The position numbers and the translations under genes were made by a program. DNA of 64,000 nt from Candidatus Falkowbacteria bacterium (lineage in GTDB: Bacteria; Patescibacteriota; Patescibacteriia; XYB2-FULL-38-15), in assembly GCA_037440105.1 (NCBI GenBank), contig JBBIUS010000002.1, positions 2,685 to 66,684 on the forward strand. The letters run 5' to 3'. The notes under the pieces are model-generated. The model had not been told where the DNA came from, did no database searches, and saw nothing but the letters and a program-made list of their open reading frames with translations. Shown here in pieces: positions 43,390 to 52,436 of this stretch (position 1 is its first letter; the number at the start of each line of letters is the position of its first letter).

Positions 43390-43716
43390 TTTCCCTCCTT
43401 CTATATTTTAAGGTTAAGGGTAAGGGCAAAGGAATCTGGAGGTGAATTCTGTTCCGATAAAATCGGAACAGTTTGATGTTTCGGAAAGTTTAAACTCAGT
43501 CGAAACCGTGTTTAAACTTTGCCTCACACCGATCCGGCGGGTTTTCCAAGAAGGATATGCCGCAGGACTTCCTCCCCCAAGTTCCTCTGCCCTATCAATA
43601 TTTAGTATTGATTTAAACAGCGCAATTTTTCTTTAAGCTGGTTTGAATAATTTTTAAAAGATCTTTTTTATTTTTTTCAGACACCCAAGCACGGGGTTTT
43701 TAATTTTTAACACTTT

Positions 43717-43745
43717 ACTATAACATACATTTAAAATTTTGTCAA
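43717..43745 (-). promoter_or_regulatory. Consensus promoter TTGACA-17-TATAGT on the minus strand
   Basis: The reverse complement of 43740-43745 is TTGACA and of 43717-43722 is TATAGT, with a 17-nt spacer. Confidence 0.6.
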
Positions 43746-43854
43746 GACCCTTTGACAAAATATAGTTAAAATTCTTATTTTTTGGCTAATTTAAGCCAAA
43801 ATAAAGTGTTATAATAAATACAATTTTAAGTGAACATTACAAATAAGATGCAAA

Positions 43855-43886
43855 TAATAAAACCGCCCTTTTGGGCGGTTTTATTT
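43855..43886. terminator. Bidirectional terminator
   Basis: AACCGCCC-tttt-GGGCGGTT (43861-43880) with A/T runs on both sides. It ends the gltX-M23 operon on the minus strand. Confidence 0.75.
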
Positions 43887-43904
43887 AATGTTGTTTTTAA
43901 TTTT

Positions 43905-45152
43905 TTATGGCAAGTAGTCCAATGGATTTACTGGAATTCCATTTAAGCGTACTTCAAAATGCAAATGGGGCCCGGTAGATAATCTTCCAGCCCCAGGAGT
44001 ACCAGGCATGCCGCCTGAAAGGCCTATTGTTTGTCCTCTTATGACATAGGTGTCTTCTTGAACTAATATTTTTGACACATGACCATAAACAGTTGAAATT
44101 CCACTATTATGAATAATCATAATATAACTATAACCCATACCTGCATCTTTAGCTCGGGCAACATAACCAGGGGCTGAAGCAAGAATAGGTGTGCCTTGTG
44201 GTGCCCGAATATCAATAGCCGGATGTTCAAAAATATACCTAAAAGGATAATCAGGGTCGTGGAAATATGCGGTTATTCCTCGCGAAGGGTCAACTGGCCA
44301 AGATAAAATTACGTTTCCGCTTATCCCTTCAAAGAAAGCCCTATCGCTTTCTGCTAATTTTTCTCTAATTTTTCTTTCCAAATAAGCAATTTCAGAATCA
44401 ATTTTTTCTTGCTCGTAGCGTAACTCAATAAGTAGATTTTGAAATTCTTTTTCAGAAGAAAGAGTTTGTTCTAAAAGAGCTGCTTTCGCGACCATCTTTT
44501 CTTCCAAAGAACTTTTTTCTTGTTCTAATTCTTTTTTAGCATTTTCTTCTTCTTGTTTTTTAGCCTCTTTTTTAATTTTCTTTTCATTTAACTCTGCTTT
44601 TAATTCTTTGACTTGATTTAAAAGTGATTGAAGTTCTATTTGCAGTTCTTCGAGATATTGGATTTGATCAAAAAATTCTGAAAAGGAATTATTTAAAATT
44701 AAAATTTCAAGGTAATTTTTTTGACTGCTTCGATAAAGAATGCTTAAAAGGTCTGCCAATTTTGTTTTGTAATCTGCGATTTTATCTTCTTTTTCTTTAA
44801 TTTGAAATTCTAAGGATTTAATTTCCAAACCTATCTGTTCTATTCTTTTTTCCGTTGCTTCAATATCAAGACCAATTTTTACTATTTGATTGTCTAAAAT
44901 AGCTATTTGATTACCTAGGCTTAAAGCTTCTAATTTTTTTTGTTCAATATTTTTTTTGTAGACTTCAGCTTTTTTTTGCAAATTTTCGATCTCTTTCTTT
45001 TTCAAATCTATCTGCTTATCTAGGTCTGAAATCTCATTAACGACATCTCCTGATTCAACAGCTTTAATTTTTTTGGAATTTTGAAAAGTAAAAGAAGCAA
45101 TTAAAAAGATTGCTAAAAATATAATCAATATCTTCTTTCTTCCTTTTATCAT
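43905..45152 (-). CDS. M23-family metallopeptidase with N-terminal coiled coil (EnvC-like)
   Basis: 415 aa. Signal/TM, a long coiled coil and a C-terminal LytM domain with HPAIDI and GPHLHFEVR. Confidence 0.85.
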   Translation of the reverse strand: MIKGRKKILIIFLAIFLIASFTFQNSKKIKAVESGDVVNEISDLDKQIDLKKKEIENLQKKAEVYKKNIEQKKLEALSLGNQIAILDNQIVKIGLDIEATEKRIEQIGLEIKSLEFQIKEKEDKIADYKTKLADLLSILYRSSQKNYLEILILNNSFSEFFDQIQYLEELQIELQSLLNQVKELKAELNEKKIKKEAKKQEEENAKKELEQEKSSLEEKMVAKAALLEQTLSSEKEFQNLLIELRYEQEKIDSEIAYLERKIREKLAESDRAFFEGISGNVILSWPVDPSRGITAYFHDPDYPFRYIFEHPAIDIRAPQGTPILASAPGYVARAKDAGMGYSYIMIIHNSGISTVYGHVSKILVQEDTYVIRGQTIGLSGGMPGTPGAGRLSTGPHLHFEVRLNGIPVNPLDYLP

Positions 45153-46651
45153 ATTAATAAATTTATTGCTTTTTTAATTCTTTGGAGTACTTTCTTTTTG
45201 CCCAAGACTTCTGCTACATCGAAAGGCGGTGGAGACGCAGAAAGCCCTGTCAGAGCGACGCGAAATGGCCAAAGAGTCTCCCCTACTCCGAGTTTTTTAT
45301 TTTCAATTAATTTTTTGATTTTCTTTTCTAGGAAAGATTTGTTGAAATTTTTTGTTTCAATATTTTTAAGTAAATTTTCTAGAAGTTTAAGATTTTCTAT
45401 TACTTTTTCCGGTTTCATTTTTTTCCAGACTAGTAATTCTTTATCATAAGATAATTCTTTTTCAAAAAAGAAATGGGAAAACTCGGGCAAATCAGTTAAT
45501 TTTGTTATGCGGTCTTGTTCTAACGCAACGATTTTTTTTAATTGGTCAAAGATTATTGACTCTCCTGTTTTAATTATTTTCCACTTTCTTTCTTCTATTT
45601 TATTTATTAAGTCAGATTTTTCAAGATGCGGAATACATTTCTCAGTAAGGTCAGTTAGATCCATTTTTCGGATGTAATGTCCATTTAGCCAGTTTAATTT
45701 TTCGATATTAAATATAGCGCCAGATGGATTGATATTTTTAAGTGAAAAGATTTTAATCAGTTCCTCTTTGCTAAAAATTTCCTGGTCGGTTTTAGGATTC
45801 CAGCCTAAAAAAACCATAAAATTTAACATTGCTTCAGGAAGATAACCCTGTTCGCGGTATTCTCTTATTGAAGTTGCGCCGTGGCGTTTTGAGAGTTTGC
45901 TTCTGTCAGGCCCCAAAATTAGTGGCAGATGCGCGTATTTTGGTTTTGGAAAACCAAGGGCTTCGATTAAAGCAATTTGTTTTGGGGTATTCGAAATATG
46001 ATCTTCGCCTCGAATAACGTGGCTGATTTCCATTGTATAATCATCGACAATTACAGCAAAATTGTAAAGAGGTGTTTCTAAATTTTTAGCAATAGCAATA
46101 TCGCCGATTAATTTTGTGTCAAATTCTAAAATTCCGCGAATCAGGTCTTCAAAAACTATTTTTTTAGCCGGCATTCTAAAGCGAATGATAGGTTTTCTGC
46201 CCTCTTCAAAAAATTTTTTGATCTGTCTTTCATTCAAATCTGCGCAACGACCTGAGTAAATTGGTGGTTCGCCCTTTTTTAACATTGCCTCGCGTTTTTT
46301 TTCTAGTTCTTCTTCAGTACAAAAACAATAATAAGCTCTATCTTCATCTAGTAACTGCTTTAAATATTTTTTATAAATTTCTAACCTTTCGCTTTGTCTG
46401 TATGGTCCATATCCTCCACCGATATCTGGCCCCTCATCGTAATCAATGCCAAGCCAATCCAAACTTTCAATAATTTCTTTTGTAAATTTTTCGTCTGAGC
46501 GTTCCAAATCAGTGTCTTCAATTCGTAAAATAAATTTTCCACTTTGATTTTTAGCAAATAAATAATTGAACAAAGCGGTTCTCGCAGTTCCAATGTGCAA
46601 ATAGCCAGTTGGTGATGGCGCGATACGAACACGGATTTTATCATTATTCAT
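45149..46651 (-). CDS. gltX: Glutamyl-tRNA synthetase
   Basis: 500 aa. RIAPSPTGYLHIGTARTALFNY (HIGH) and KLSKRHG (KMSKS). Confidence 0.95.
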   Translation of the reverse strand: MNNDKIRVRIAPSPTGYLHIGTARTALFNYLFAKNQSGKFILRIEDTDLERSDEKFTKEIIESLDWLGIDYDEGPDIGGGYGPYRQSERLEIYKKYLKQLLDEDRAYYCFCTEEELEKKREAMLKKGEPPIYSGRCADLNERQIKKFFEEGRKPIIRFRMPAKKIVFEDLIRGILEFDTKLIGDIAIAKNLETPLYNFAVIVDDYTMEISHVIRGEDHISNTPKQIALIEALGFPKPKYAHLPLILGPDRSKLSKRHGATSIREYREQGYLPEAMLNFMVFLGWNPKTDQEIFSKEELIKIFSLKNINPSGAIFNIEKLNWLNGHYIRKMDLTDLTEKCIPHLEKSDLINKIEERKWKIIKTGESIIFDQLKKIVALEQDRITKLTDLPEFSHFFFEKELSYDKELLVWKKMKPEKVIENLKLLENLLKNIETKNFNKSFLEKKIKKLIENKKLGVGETLWPFRVALTGLSASPPPFDVAEVLGKKKVLQRIKKAINLLI

Positions 46652-46746
46652 AGTGTTAATATTTTATCTAAAAAGTTACGAAAATCGGGAATGCATGTAT
46701 AGATTACGCATTCAGAAAAATACAATTTCTTATCTCGATTTCATAA

Positions 46747-47544
46747 TCATTTTTTTCCTTTTGTTATTACTTCCCAACTAAATTTCACAGTAGCTGTTAA
46801 AATTCTTTTCCATCGCCATGGTTGCATAAAAAGTCGCCAGAGCCACTCTAAGCCGATTTTTTGCATCCACCGTGGCGCTCGTTTTACTTTTCCTGCAATG
46901 AAGTCAAACGCTCCGCCAACACCCATAGCAATCTTAACTGATGGGATATTTTTTAAATTGTTAGCAATGAACTTTTCTTGAAAGCTAACGCCTAAAGCAA
47001 CAAATAAAATGTCTGGTTTTGCAGTGTTTATTTCTTTTAATATTTTTGATAAATTGTCTTTTTCTTCACTAAGTTGCTTTTGATCTAATTGGCTCAAAAG
47101 TGGTTTATGCGTTTTGTTTATAAGATAAAATTTTTCAATTGCTCTTCCCTTTATTTTAAGATTGGGGTAACGCTTATTTAAGGCAACAATTACTTCATTT
47201 GGTTTAGATAATCCCCAAGCAGCGCCGAGTAAATATACTGAATAATTTTTTTGTTCAGCAAATTTACAGATATCAAGCATTAAATCTACGCCAGTTATTC
47301 GTTCTGACAGCCGCTTTTTTAAATATCGCGAGGCAAAAATTAATCCTATACCGTCAGGAACGGCAATGTCTGCTCGGTTTAAAATTTCCAATAGTTCTTT
47401 ATCTTTTTGCCCAGCTATTACTATTTCCGGATTTGGCGTGACAATGTAGTGCTGGCGATTGTCTGATAAAAACTGTTCTACTCTTTTTAGAACTTCGGGT
47501 TTTGTTAAATTATCAATTTGGACTCCCAGGATGTTGATTTTCAT
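46747..47544 (-). CDS. WecB/TagA/CpsF-family glycosyltransferase
   Basis: 265 aa. ILGVQIDNLTKPEVLKRVEQFL...YIVTPNPEIV and C-terminal ...APRWMQKIGLEWLWRL. Confidence 0.85.
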   Translation of the reverse strand: MKINILGVQIDNLTKPEVLKRVEQFLSDNRQHYIVTPNPEIVIAGQKDKELLEILNRADIAVPDGIGLIFASRYLKKRLSERITGVDLMLDICKFAEQKNYSVYLLGAAWGLSKPNEVIVALNKRYPNLKIKGRAIEKFYLINKTHKPLLSQLDQKQLSEEKDNLSKILKEINTAKPDILFVALGVSFQEKFIANNLKNIPSVKIAMGVGGAFDFIAGKVKRAPRWMQKIGLEWLWRLFMQPWRWKRILTATVKFSWEVITKGKK

Positions 47545-47552
47545 TTCTATTT

Positions 47553-47651
47553 CCTCCCATTAAGTTAAGGGGAGATTATGAGGGGTTATGAGTCGTTGAT
47601 TTTAAAACAACGATTCATAACTCTCCCAGCCCTTCTTAACTTAAGAGGGGG
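47553..47651 (-). repeat. Intercistronic ~95-nt palindromic element, copy B (thpR-wecB/tagA)
   Basis: The reverse complement aligns with 39247-39341. Its 3' end (minus strand) supplies GGGAGG 7 nt before the ATG at 47544. Confidence 0.8.
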
Positions 47652-47652
47652 A

Positions 47653-48204
47653 TTATTTCAGTGGGAATGATTTAATTATCGAGTACACCGACCCCTCCCG
47701 TGTCAGTTGGCTTTCCATCAGCTCTACGCTTTTAACGTTAAAGGCAATTGGCTCAATTTTTATGTCATCGGTTTTACATTTAGTATGATTTTTAACTCTG
47801 CCCAAAGTAATGTGCGCCTGCCAAGGTCGAGTATCTACTTTGAATTTTAAATTTTGCAGCATTACTTCGAGTTCTCCTATTAAAGTATGGACAGTTTTTG
47901 TGTTTTTTACTTCAATAAAAATTACTCTCGGCCTTTTTTCATTTGGAAAGCAGCCGAACTTACCAGTGTTCATTTTAAATGATTTACTGCGTTTTGTAAT
48001 CTCCTCAATTCCTTCTTCCACTTGAGCAATTTGCTTTTCATTTAAATCACCAAAAAAGTGTAAAGTTAAATGTAAATTCTCTGGCTTTACCCACTTGATA
48101 GCATAGTCAGGATTTATTTTTTTGAGTTTTGCAATTACTTCGCCTAATTTCTGCTTAACTTTTGATGGTAAATTAATGGCAATAAAAGCGCGTTTGGTCA
48201 TCAT
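47653..48204 (-). CDS. thpR: RNA 2',3'-cyclic phosphodiesterase (2H family, LigT/ThpR)
   Basis: 183 aa with two HxT/SxL motifs (LHLTLHF, AHITLGR). Confidence 0.8.
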   Translation of the reverse strand: MMTKRAFIAINLPSKVKQKLGEVIAKLKKINPDYAIKWVKPENLHLTLHFFGDLNEKQIAQVEEGIEEITKRSKSFKMNTGKFGCFPNEKRPRVIFIEVKNTKTVHTLIGELEVMLQNLKFKVDTRPWQAHITLGRVKNHTKCKTDDIKIEPIAFNVKSVELMESQLTREGSVYSIIKSFPLK

Positions 48205-48341
48205 ATAAAATGCTGAACTTTAAATTTTAATTTTTAATCACCATGAAATTTTTTGCTTGCTAATGTTGATTTACTATGTTAATTTAGCCGAGCAAATTTA
48301 TTTTATTTTCCCTCTAAATCACAATAAAATTATACCATTTT

Positions 48342-48370
48342 TTGAAATTTTTGGCAAAATTCGATATAAT
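48342..48370 (+). promoter_or_regulatory. Promoter TTGAAA-17-TATAAT, very close to the start codon
   Basis: TTGAAA at 48342-47 and TATAAT at 48365-70. The ATG at 48382 is only 11 nt after the -10, and there is no SD. Confidence 0.45.
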
Positions 48371-48381
48371 TTATAAAAGAT

Positions 48382-49410
48382 ATGAAGGAAGCACTGCTTT
48401 ACAAAAAATTAAAAAATAAAAAGGTTCAATGTTTAGCTTGTAATCATTATTGTAATATCGTAGAAAATGGACGGGGCATCTGTGGTGTGCGTGAAAATCA
48501 TAGCGGTAAACTTTACTCGTTAGTTTATGGTAAAGTTATTGCTAAACATATTGATCCAATTGAGAAAAAACCGCTTTTTCATTTCCTGCCAGGTACTCAG
48601 AGTTTATCTATTGCTACAGTAGGTTGCAATTTTCGCTGTCTTTATTGTCAGAACGCTGACATTGCTCAGGCATCCAAGGAAGGTTATTTTTTTGAGAAAA
48701 AAGAAATCCCGGGCGAAGATTTAACGCCGCAGGAGATTGTTGACGAAACGTTAGCACTTGGTTTGCCAAGCATTTCTTATACTTACACTGAGCCAACCAT
48801 TTTTGTTGAGTTTGCTTTAGATGTGATGAAATTGGCGCGGAAGAAAAAAATAAAAAATGTTTGGGTAACAAACGGCTACACAAGCAAAGAAGGATTAAAA
48901 TTAGTACTCCCCCACCTTGATGCTGCAAATGTCGACTTAAAGGGTTTCACTGAAAAATTTTATAACAAAGTTTGCGGGGCGCGCTTAAAACCTGTTTTGG
49001 AAACCTTAAAAGCAATAAAGGGAGCCGGGGTTTGGGTTGAGGTGACAACGCTTATTGTTCCCAATCAAAATGATACAAAAGAACACTTTGAAGGAATTGC
49101 AAATTTTATTGCCGAAGAATTAGGAAGGGAAACGCCTTGGCATATTTCAAGATTTTTTCCGGCTTATAAAATGTACGATGTCCCTCCCACCCCCCTTGCT
49201 TCATTAGAGCAGGCTTATAAAATTGGCAAAAAAGCAGGGTTAAAGTATGTTTATCTAGGGAATGTCCCGGCTGAAGAGATGGAAGACACTTTTTGTCCTA
49301 ATTGTGGCGAAAAAATGATTAATCGTGCTGGCTATCGGATTTTGCGTTACGACAAGCATGGTAAATGCGCAAAATGTAACGAGGATTTAAATTTGATATT
49401 AATAGAGTAA
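48382..49410 (+). CDS. AmmeMemoRadiSam-system-type radical SAM enzyme
   Basis: 342 aa. CNFRCLYCQN cluster motif, N-terminal CLACNHYC...C and C-terminal CPNCG...CAKC. The architecture matches the PflA-like family that accompanies AMMECR1/Memo genes. Confidence 0.75.
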   Translation: MKEALLYKKLKNKKVQCLACNHYCNIVENGRGICGVRENHSGKLYSLVYGKVIAKHIDPIEKKPLFHFLPGTQSLSIATVGCNFRCLYCQNADIAQASKEGYFFEKKEIPGEDLTPQEIVDETLALGLPSISYTYTEPTIFVEFALDVMKLARKKKIKNVWVTNGYTSKEGLKLVLPHLDAANVDLKGFTEKFYNKVCGARLKPVLETLKAIKGAGVWVEVTTLIVPNQNDTKEHFEGIANFIAEELGRETPWHISRFFPAYKMYDVPPTPLASLEQAYKIGKKAGLKYVYLGNVPAEEMEDTFCPNCGEKMINRAGYRILRYDKHGKCAKCNEDLNLILIE

Positions 49411-49437
49411 CTGAGGTTAATTTGATGTTTTCTTTAC

Positions 49438-49470
49438 AGTCCCCCGCTCTATGCGGGGGACTGACTTTTT
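49438..49470 (+). terminator. Rho-independent terminator
   Basis: AGTCCCCCGC-tctat-GCGGGGGACT, followed by gacTTTTT. Confidence 0.75.
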
Positions 49471-49482
49471 AGATAAGTAGGA

Positions 49483-49510
49483 TTGACAAGATTTCTAGTT
49501 GTTGTAAAAT
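49483..49510 (+). promoter_or_regulatory. Promoter TTGACA-16-TAAAAT
   Basis: TTGACA at 49483-88 and TGTAAAAT at 49503-10. It lies immediately upstream of the CIRCE element. Confidence 0.5.
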
Positions 49511-49517
49511 ATTATAA

Positions 49518-49544
49518 TTAGCACTCTAATTATTTGACTGCTAA
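49518..49544 (+). promoter_or_regulatory. CIRCE (HrcA operator) inverted repeat
   Basis: TTAGCACTC-N9-GACTGCTAA against the consensus TTAGCACTC-N9-GAGTGCTAA, one mismatch. It lies 130 nt upstream of clpB. Confidence 0.75.
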
Positions 49545-49674
49545 TTAACTAAAATATTTAGAGTCTTTAGGCGTTACTTATAGCGTAAAGCGACTTCTAT
49601 TGTCGCTATGTCATAAGACGCGCTACGAGCTATGCTAATTTACGCCGAAAACGTAAAAATCTTAATTTTTAAAT

Positions 49675-52296
49675 ATGCTTCCACAAAATTTTACAACTAA
49701 ATCACAGGAAGCCCTGCAGACTGCTCAGGGATTGGTTTTTGAATATAATCATCAATATTTGGATCCACTTCACCTTCTTTTGGCGCTCCTTGAGCAGGAA
49801 GGCGGGATTGTCACTTCCCTACTCCAAAAATTAGGGGTTAATTTTTCTGCAATTAAAAAACAAACTGAATCGGCTTTGCAGAAATTACCGCGCAGCGGTG
49901 GAAGACGGGCTGGCGGAATTGCCCAAATGCATGTTGGGCAAGAAATGATTCAAGTTTTTTACAAGGCAGAAAAAGAGGCAAAAAAATTAAAAGATGAATA
50001 TATCAGTACTGAGCACTTGTTTTTAGGTTTAGTGGATGTGAAGAGCAGAACTAGTGAAATTCTAAATAGCGCTGGCGTGACTTATGAACAGGCCTTAAAA
50101 GTTTTGGCTGAAGTTCGAGGTACGCAAAAGGTTGACTCCCCTGACCCAGAAGCCAAGTACCAAGTTTTGGAAAAATATACAGTAAATTTAACTGAACTTG
50201 CCCGACAGAAAAAACTTGATCCGGTTATTGGCCGTGATGAAGAAATCAGACGAGTAATGCAAGTACTGTCACGCCGGACAAAAAATAATCCAGTTTTAAT
50301 CGGCGAAGCAGGCACAGGCAAAACAGCTATTGTTGAGGGTTTAGCCCAGAGAATTGTCACTGGAGATGTGCCAGAAAGTTTAAAGGATAAAGAATTAATT
50401 TCCCTTGATCTGGGAGCACTTTTGGCTGGGACCAAATTTCGCGGTGAATTCGAAGATCGATTAAAGGCCGTGATAAAAGAAATAAAACAGGCCAGCGGAA
50501 AAATAATTTTGTTTATTGACGAGTTGCATACAATTGTTGGAGCAGGAGCGATTGAAGGAGCTATGGATGCTTCAAATATGTTAAAACCTGCTTTAGCTCG
50601 TGGCGAATTACATACAATTGGCGCGACGACCATTAAAGAGTATCATAAATATGTTGAAAAAGATGCGGCCCTAGAGCGTCGTTTTCAGCCGGTCTACGTT
50701 GGCGAACCTTCGGTTGAAGACACCATCGCCATTTTGCGAGGCATTAAAGAAAAATATGAAGTCCATCACGGCGTAAAAATCACTGATGCGGCAATTATAG
50801 CTGCAGCCACTTTATCGCATCGTTATATTTCAGATAGATTCCTGCCTGACAAAGCGGTGGATTTAATTGACGAAGCAACATCAGCTCTCAGAATGGAAAT
50901 TGATTCTATGCCCACTGAGCTGGATCAGTTGAAACGGCAAATGATGAAATTAGAAATTGAGAGACAAGCGCTTCTAAAAGAGCCAACGGCAAAAGATGAA
51001 TTAAAGAAAATAGTTAAGGAATTAGCTGAACTTCAGGAAAAGTCTAAAGAATTAGAAATTGGTTGGCGTTATGAAAAAGATTTAATCAGCCAAATTCGGA
51101 AAGCGCAGAAACAAATCGACATGGCAAAACAGCAGGCGGATATCGCCGAAAGAAAAAGTGAACTGGAAAAAGTTGCCGAAATCCGTTATGGCAAAATTCC
51201 TGAGTTGGAAAAAAATATCAAAGATTTAGAAAAGAAATTAAAGAAAATTCCTGATGATAAACGCGTTCTCCGCGAAGAAGTGACAGATGAAGATATTGCT
51301 CGAGTTGTTTCTCGCTGGACTGGCATTCCAGTTGCTAAAATGTTGCAAGGAGAAATAGAAAAATTAGCCCAGGCTGAAAATGAACTTGAAAAAAGAGTTA
51401 TTGGTCAAAAAGATGCTATTAAAACTATTGCTAATGCCCTGCGTCGTTCACGGGCTGGGATATCCGAAGAGAAAAAACCAATCGGTTCGTTCATTTTTGT
51501 CGGACCAACAGGTGTTGGTAAAACAGAATTATCTAAAGCCTTAGCTGAATTTATATTTAATGATGAAAATGCTCTTGTGCGAGTTGATATGTCTGAGTAC
51601 ATGGAAAAACACTCAGTAGCGCGGCTCGTTGGCTCTCCTCCTGGTTATGTCGGCCATGAGGAAGGCGGCCAATTAACTGAGGCAATTCGTCGACGGCCGT
51701 ATTCAGTTGTCCTTTTTGATGAGATTGAAAAAGCTCATCCTGAAGTGTTTAATATTTTACTTCAGATTTTGGATGACGGTCGTTTAACTGACGGCCGCGG
51801 TCGGACTGTGAATTTTAAGAACACGATTATTATTATGACTTCTAATCTCGGCAATCAAGTTATTCGCGATTATTCGATTGGTTTCCAAGACGGGGAAAAC
51901 AAAGAAGCTAGCCGCGACAGCGAAATGCGTAACAAGATAATGGAAATTTTACGCGAAACATTTAAATTGGAATTTCTAAATAGAATCGATGAAATTGTTA
52001 TTTTTAAAAGTTTAGGCAAAGCAGAGATTAGTCGGATTATTGATTTACAATTGGCTGAAGTGCAAAAAAGATTGGATGCTAAAAAAATTAAATTGGATGT
52101 AACCGAGGCAGTGCGTAAAATATTGGCAGAAAAAGGCTTTGATCCAATTTTTGGCGCTCGGCCATTAAAGCGCGTAATTCAAAATTTGATTTTAGATGAA
52201 TTGGCTTTAAAAATTATTGAAGGGAAAATTAACGAAGGGGCCAAAGTAATAGTTGGGCTGAATAAAGACAAAAAGATCGCGTTTACCGTAAAATAA
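49675..52296 (+). CDS. clpB: ATP-dependent chaperone ClpB
   Basis: 873 aa. Clp N-domain, two AAA+ modules ([16 protein letters not shown]) and a long coiled-coil middle domain. Confidence 0.95.
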   Translation: MLPQNFTTKSQEALQTAQGLVFEYNHQYLDPLHLLLALLEQEGGIVTSLLQKLGVNFSAIKKQTESALQKLPRSGGRRAGGIAQMHVGQEMIQVFYKAEKEAKKLKDEYISTEHLFLGLVDVKSRTSEILNSAGVTYEQALKVLAEVRGTQKVDSPDPEAKYQVLEKYTVNLTELARQKKLDPVIGRDEEIRRVMQVLSRRTKNNPVLIGEAGTGKTAIVEGLAQRIVTGDVPESLKDKELISLDLGALLAGTKFRGEFEDRLKAVIKEIKQASGKIILFIDELHTIVGAGAIEGAMDASNMLKPALARGELHTIGATTIKEYHKYVEKDAALERRFQPVYVGEPSVEDTIAILRGIKEKYEVHHGVKITDAAIIAAATLSHRYISDRFLPDKAVDLIDEATSALRMEIDSMPTELDQLKRQMMKLEIERQALLKEPTAKDELKKIVKELAELQEKSKELEIGWRYEKDLISQIRKAQKQIDMAKQQADIAERKSELEKVAEIRYGKIPELEKNIKDLEKKLKKIPDDKRVLREEVTDEDIARVVSRWTGIPVAKMLQGEIEKLAQAENELEKRVIGQKDAIKTIANALRRSRAGISEEKKPIGSFIFVGPTGVGKTELSKALAEFIFNDENALVRVDMSEYMEKHSVARLVGSPPGYVGHEEGGQLTEAIRRRPYSVVLFDEIEKAHPEVFNILLQILDDGRLTDGRGRTVNFKNTIIIMTSNLGNQVIRDYSIGFQDGENKEASRDSEMRNKIMEILRETFKLEFLNRIDEIVIFKSLGKAEISRIIDLQLAEVQKRLDAKKIKLDVTEAVRKILAEKGFDPIFGARPLKRVIQNLILDELALKIIEGKINEGAKVIVGLNKDKKIAFTVK

Positions 52297-52436
52297 AGAT
52301 GAGATAATTTTTCTATATTTTTAAGTTCAAATTATATTTCTGAGCCCATGTTTTATTTAATCTTCGTTTGCTCTTAAAGGCAAAATGTGTTAAACTAAAA
52401 ATAAGAAACAGACATAATTTATGATTTAAAATTGCA

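Larger units (their letters stand above)
42997..43710 (-). ncRNA. Candidate ~0.7-kb structured transcript (unknown class) carrying a 70-codon ORF
   Basis: Bounded by the promoter at 43717-43745 and the terminator at 42997-43042. It is GC-rich relative to flanking DNA. Helices include 43592-43584/43432-43424 (9 bp, one minus-only G:U), 43449-43471 and 43485-43520. SD-like and anti-SD-like motifs are present. Confidence 0.5.

Noticed and set aside
43565-43575. GGAGGAAGUCC on the minus strand resembles the RNase P RNA CR-I/P4 motif GAGGAAAGUCC
   Set aside because: No matching P4 3' strand (…ACAGAA..GGCUUA) occurs within the transcript. The nearest AGGCUU is beyond both terminators at ~42780. 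No GGUAA/J11-12-like blocks occur in the right order, and an SD-preceded ORF sits in the middle. It is treated as one of several SD-like GGAGG motifs, and a cmscan would settle it.
42673-43636. Track ORFs 42673-42951(-), 43034-43243(+), 43204-43476(+) and 43442-43636(+)
   Set aside because: They overlap each other, have no SD or only non-ATG starts, run through terminator hairpins, and have Pro/Ser/Arg-rich nonsense composition. Only the minus-strand 70-codon ORF has a proper SD.
50082-50633. Long antisense ORFs inside clpB, with similar cases at 1802-2056, 3184-3612, 17442-17801 and 60306-60677
   Set aside because: These are shadow ORFs on the opposite strand of well-supported genes. They have low-complexity Ser/Pro/Ile-rich translations and no independent signals.
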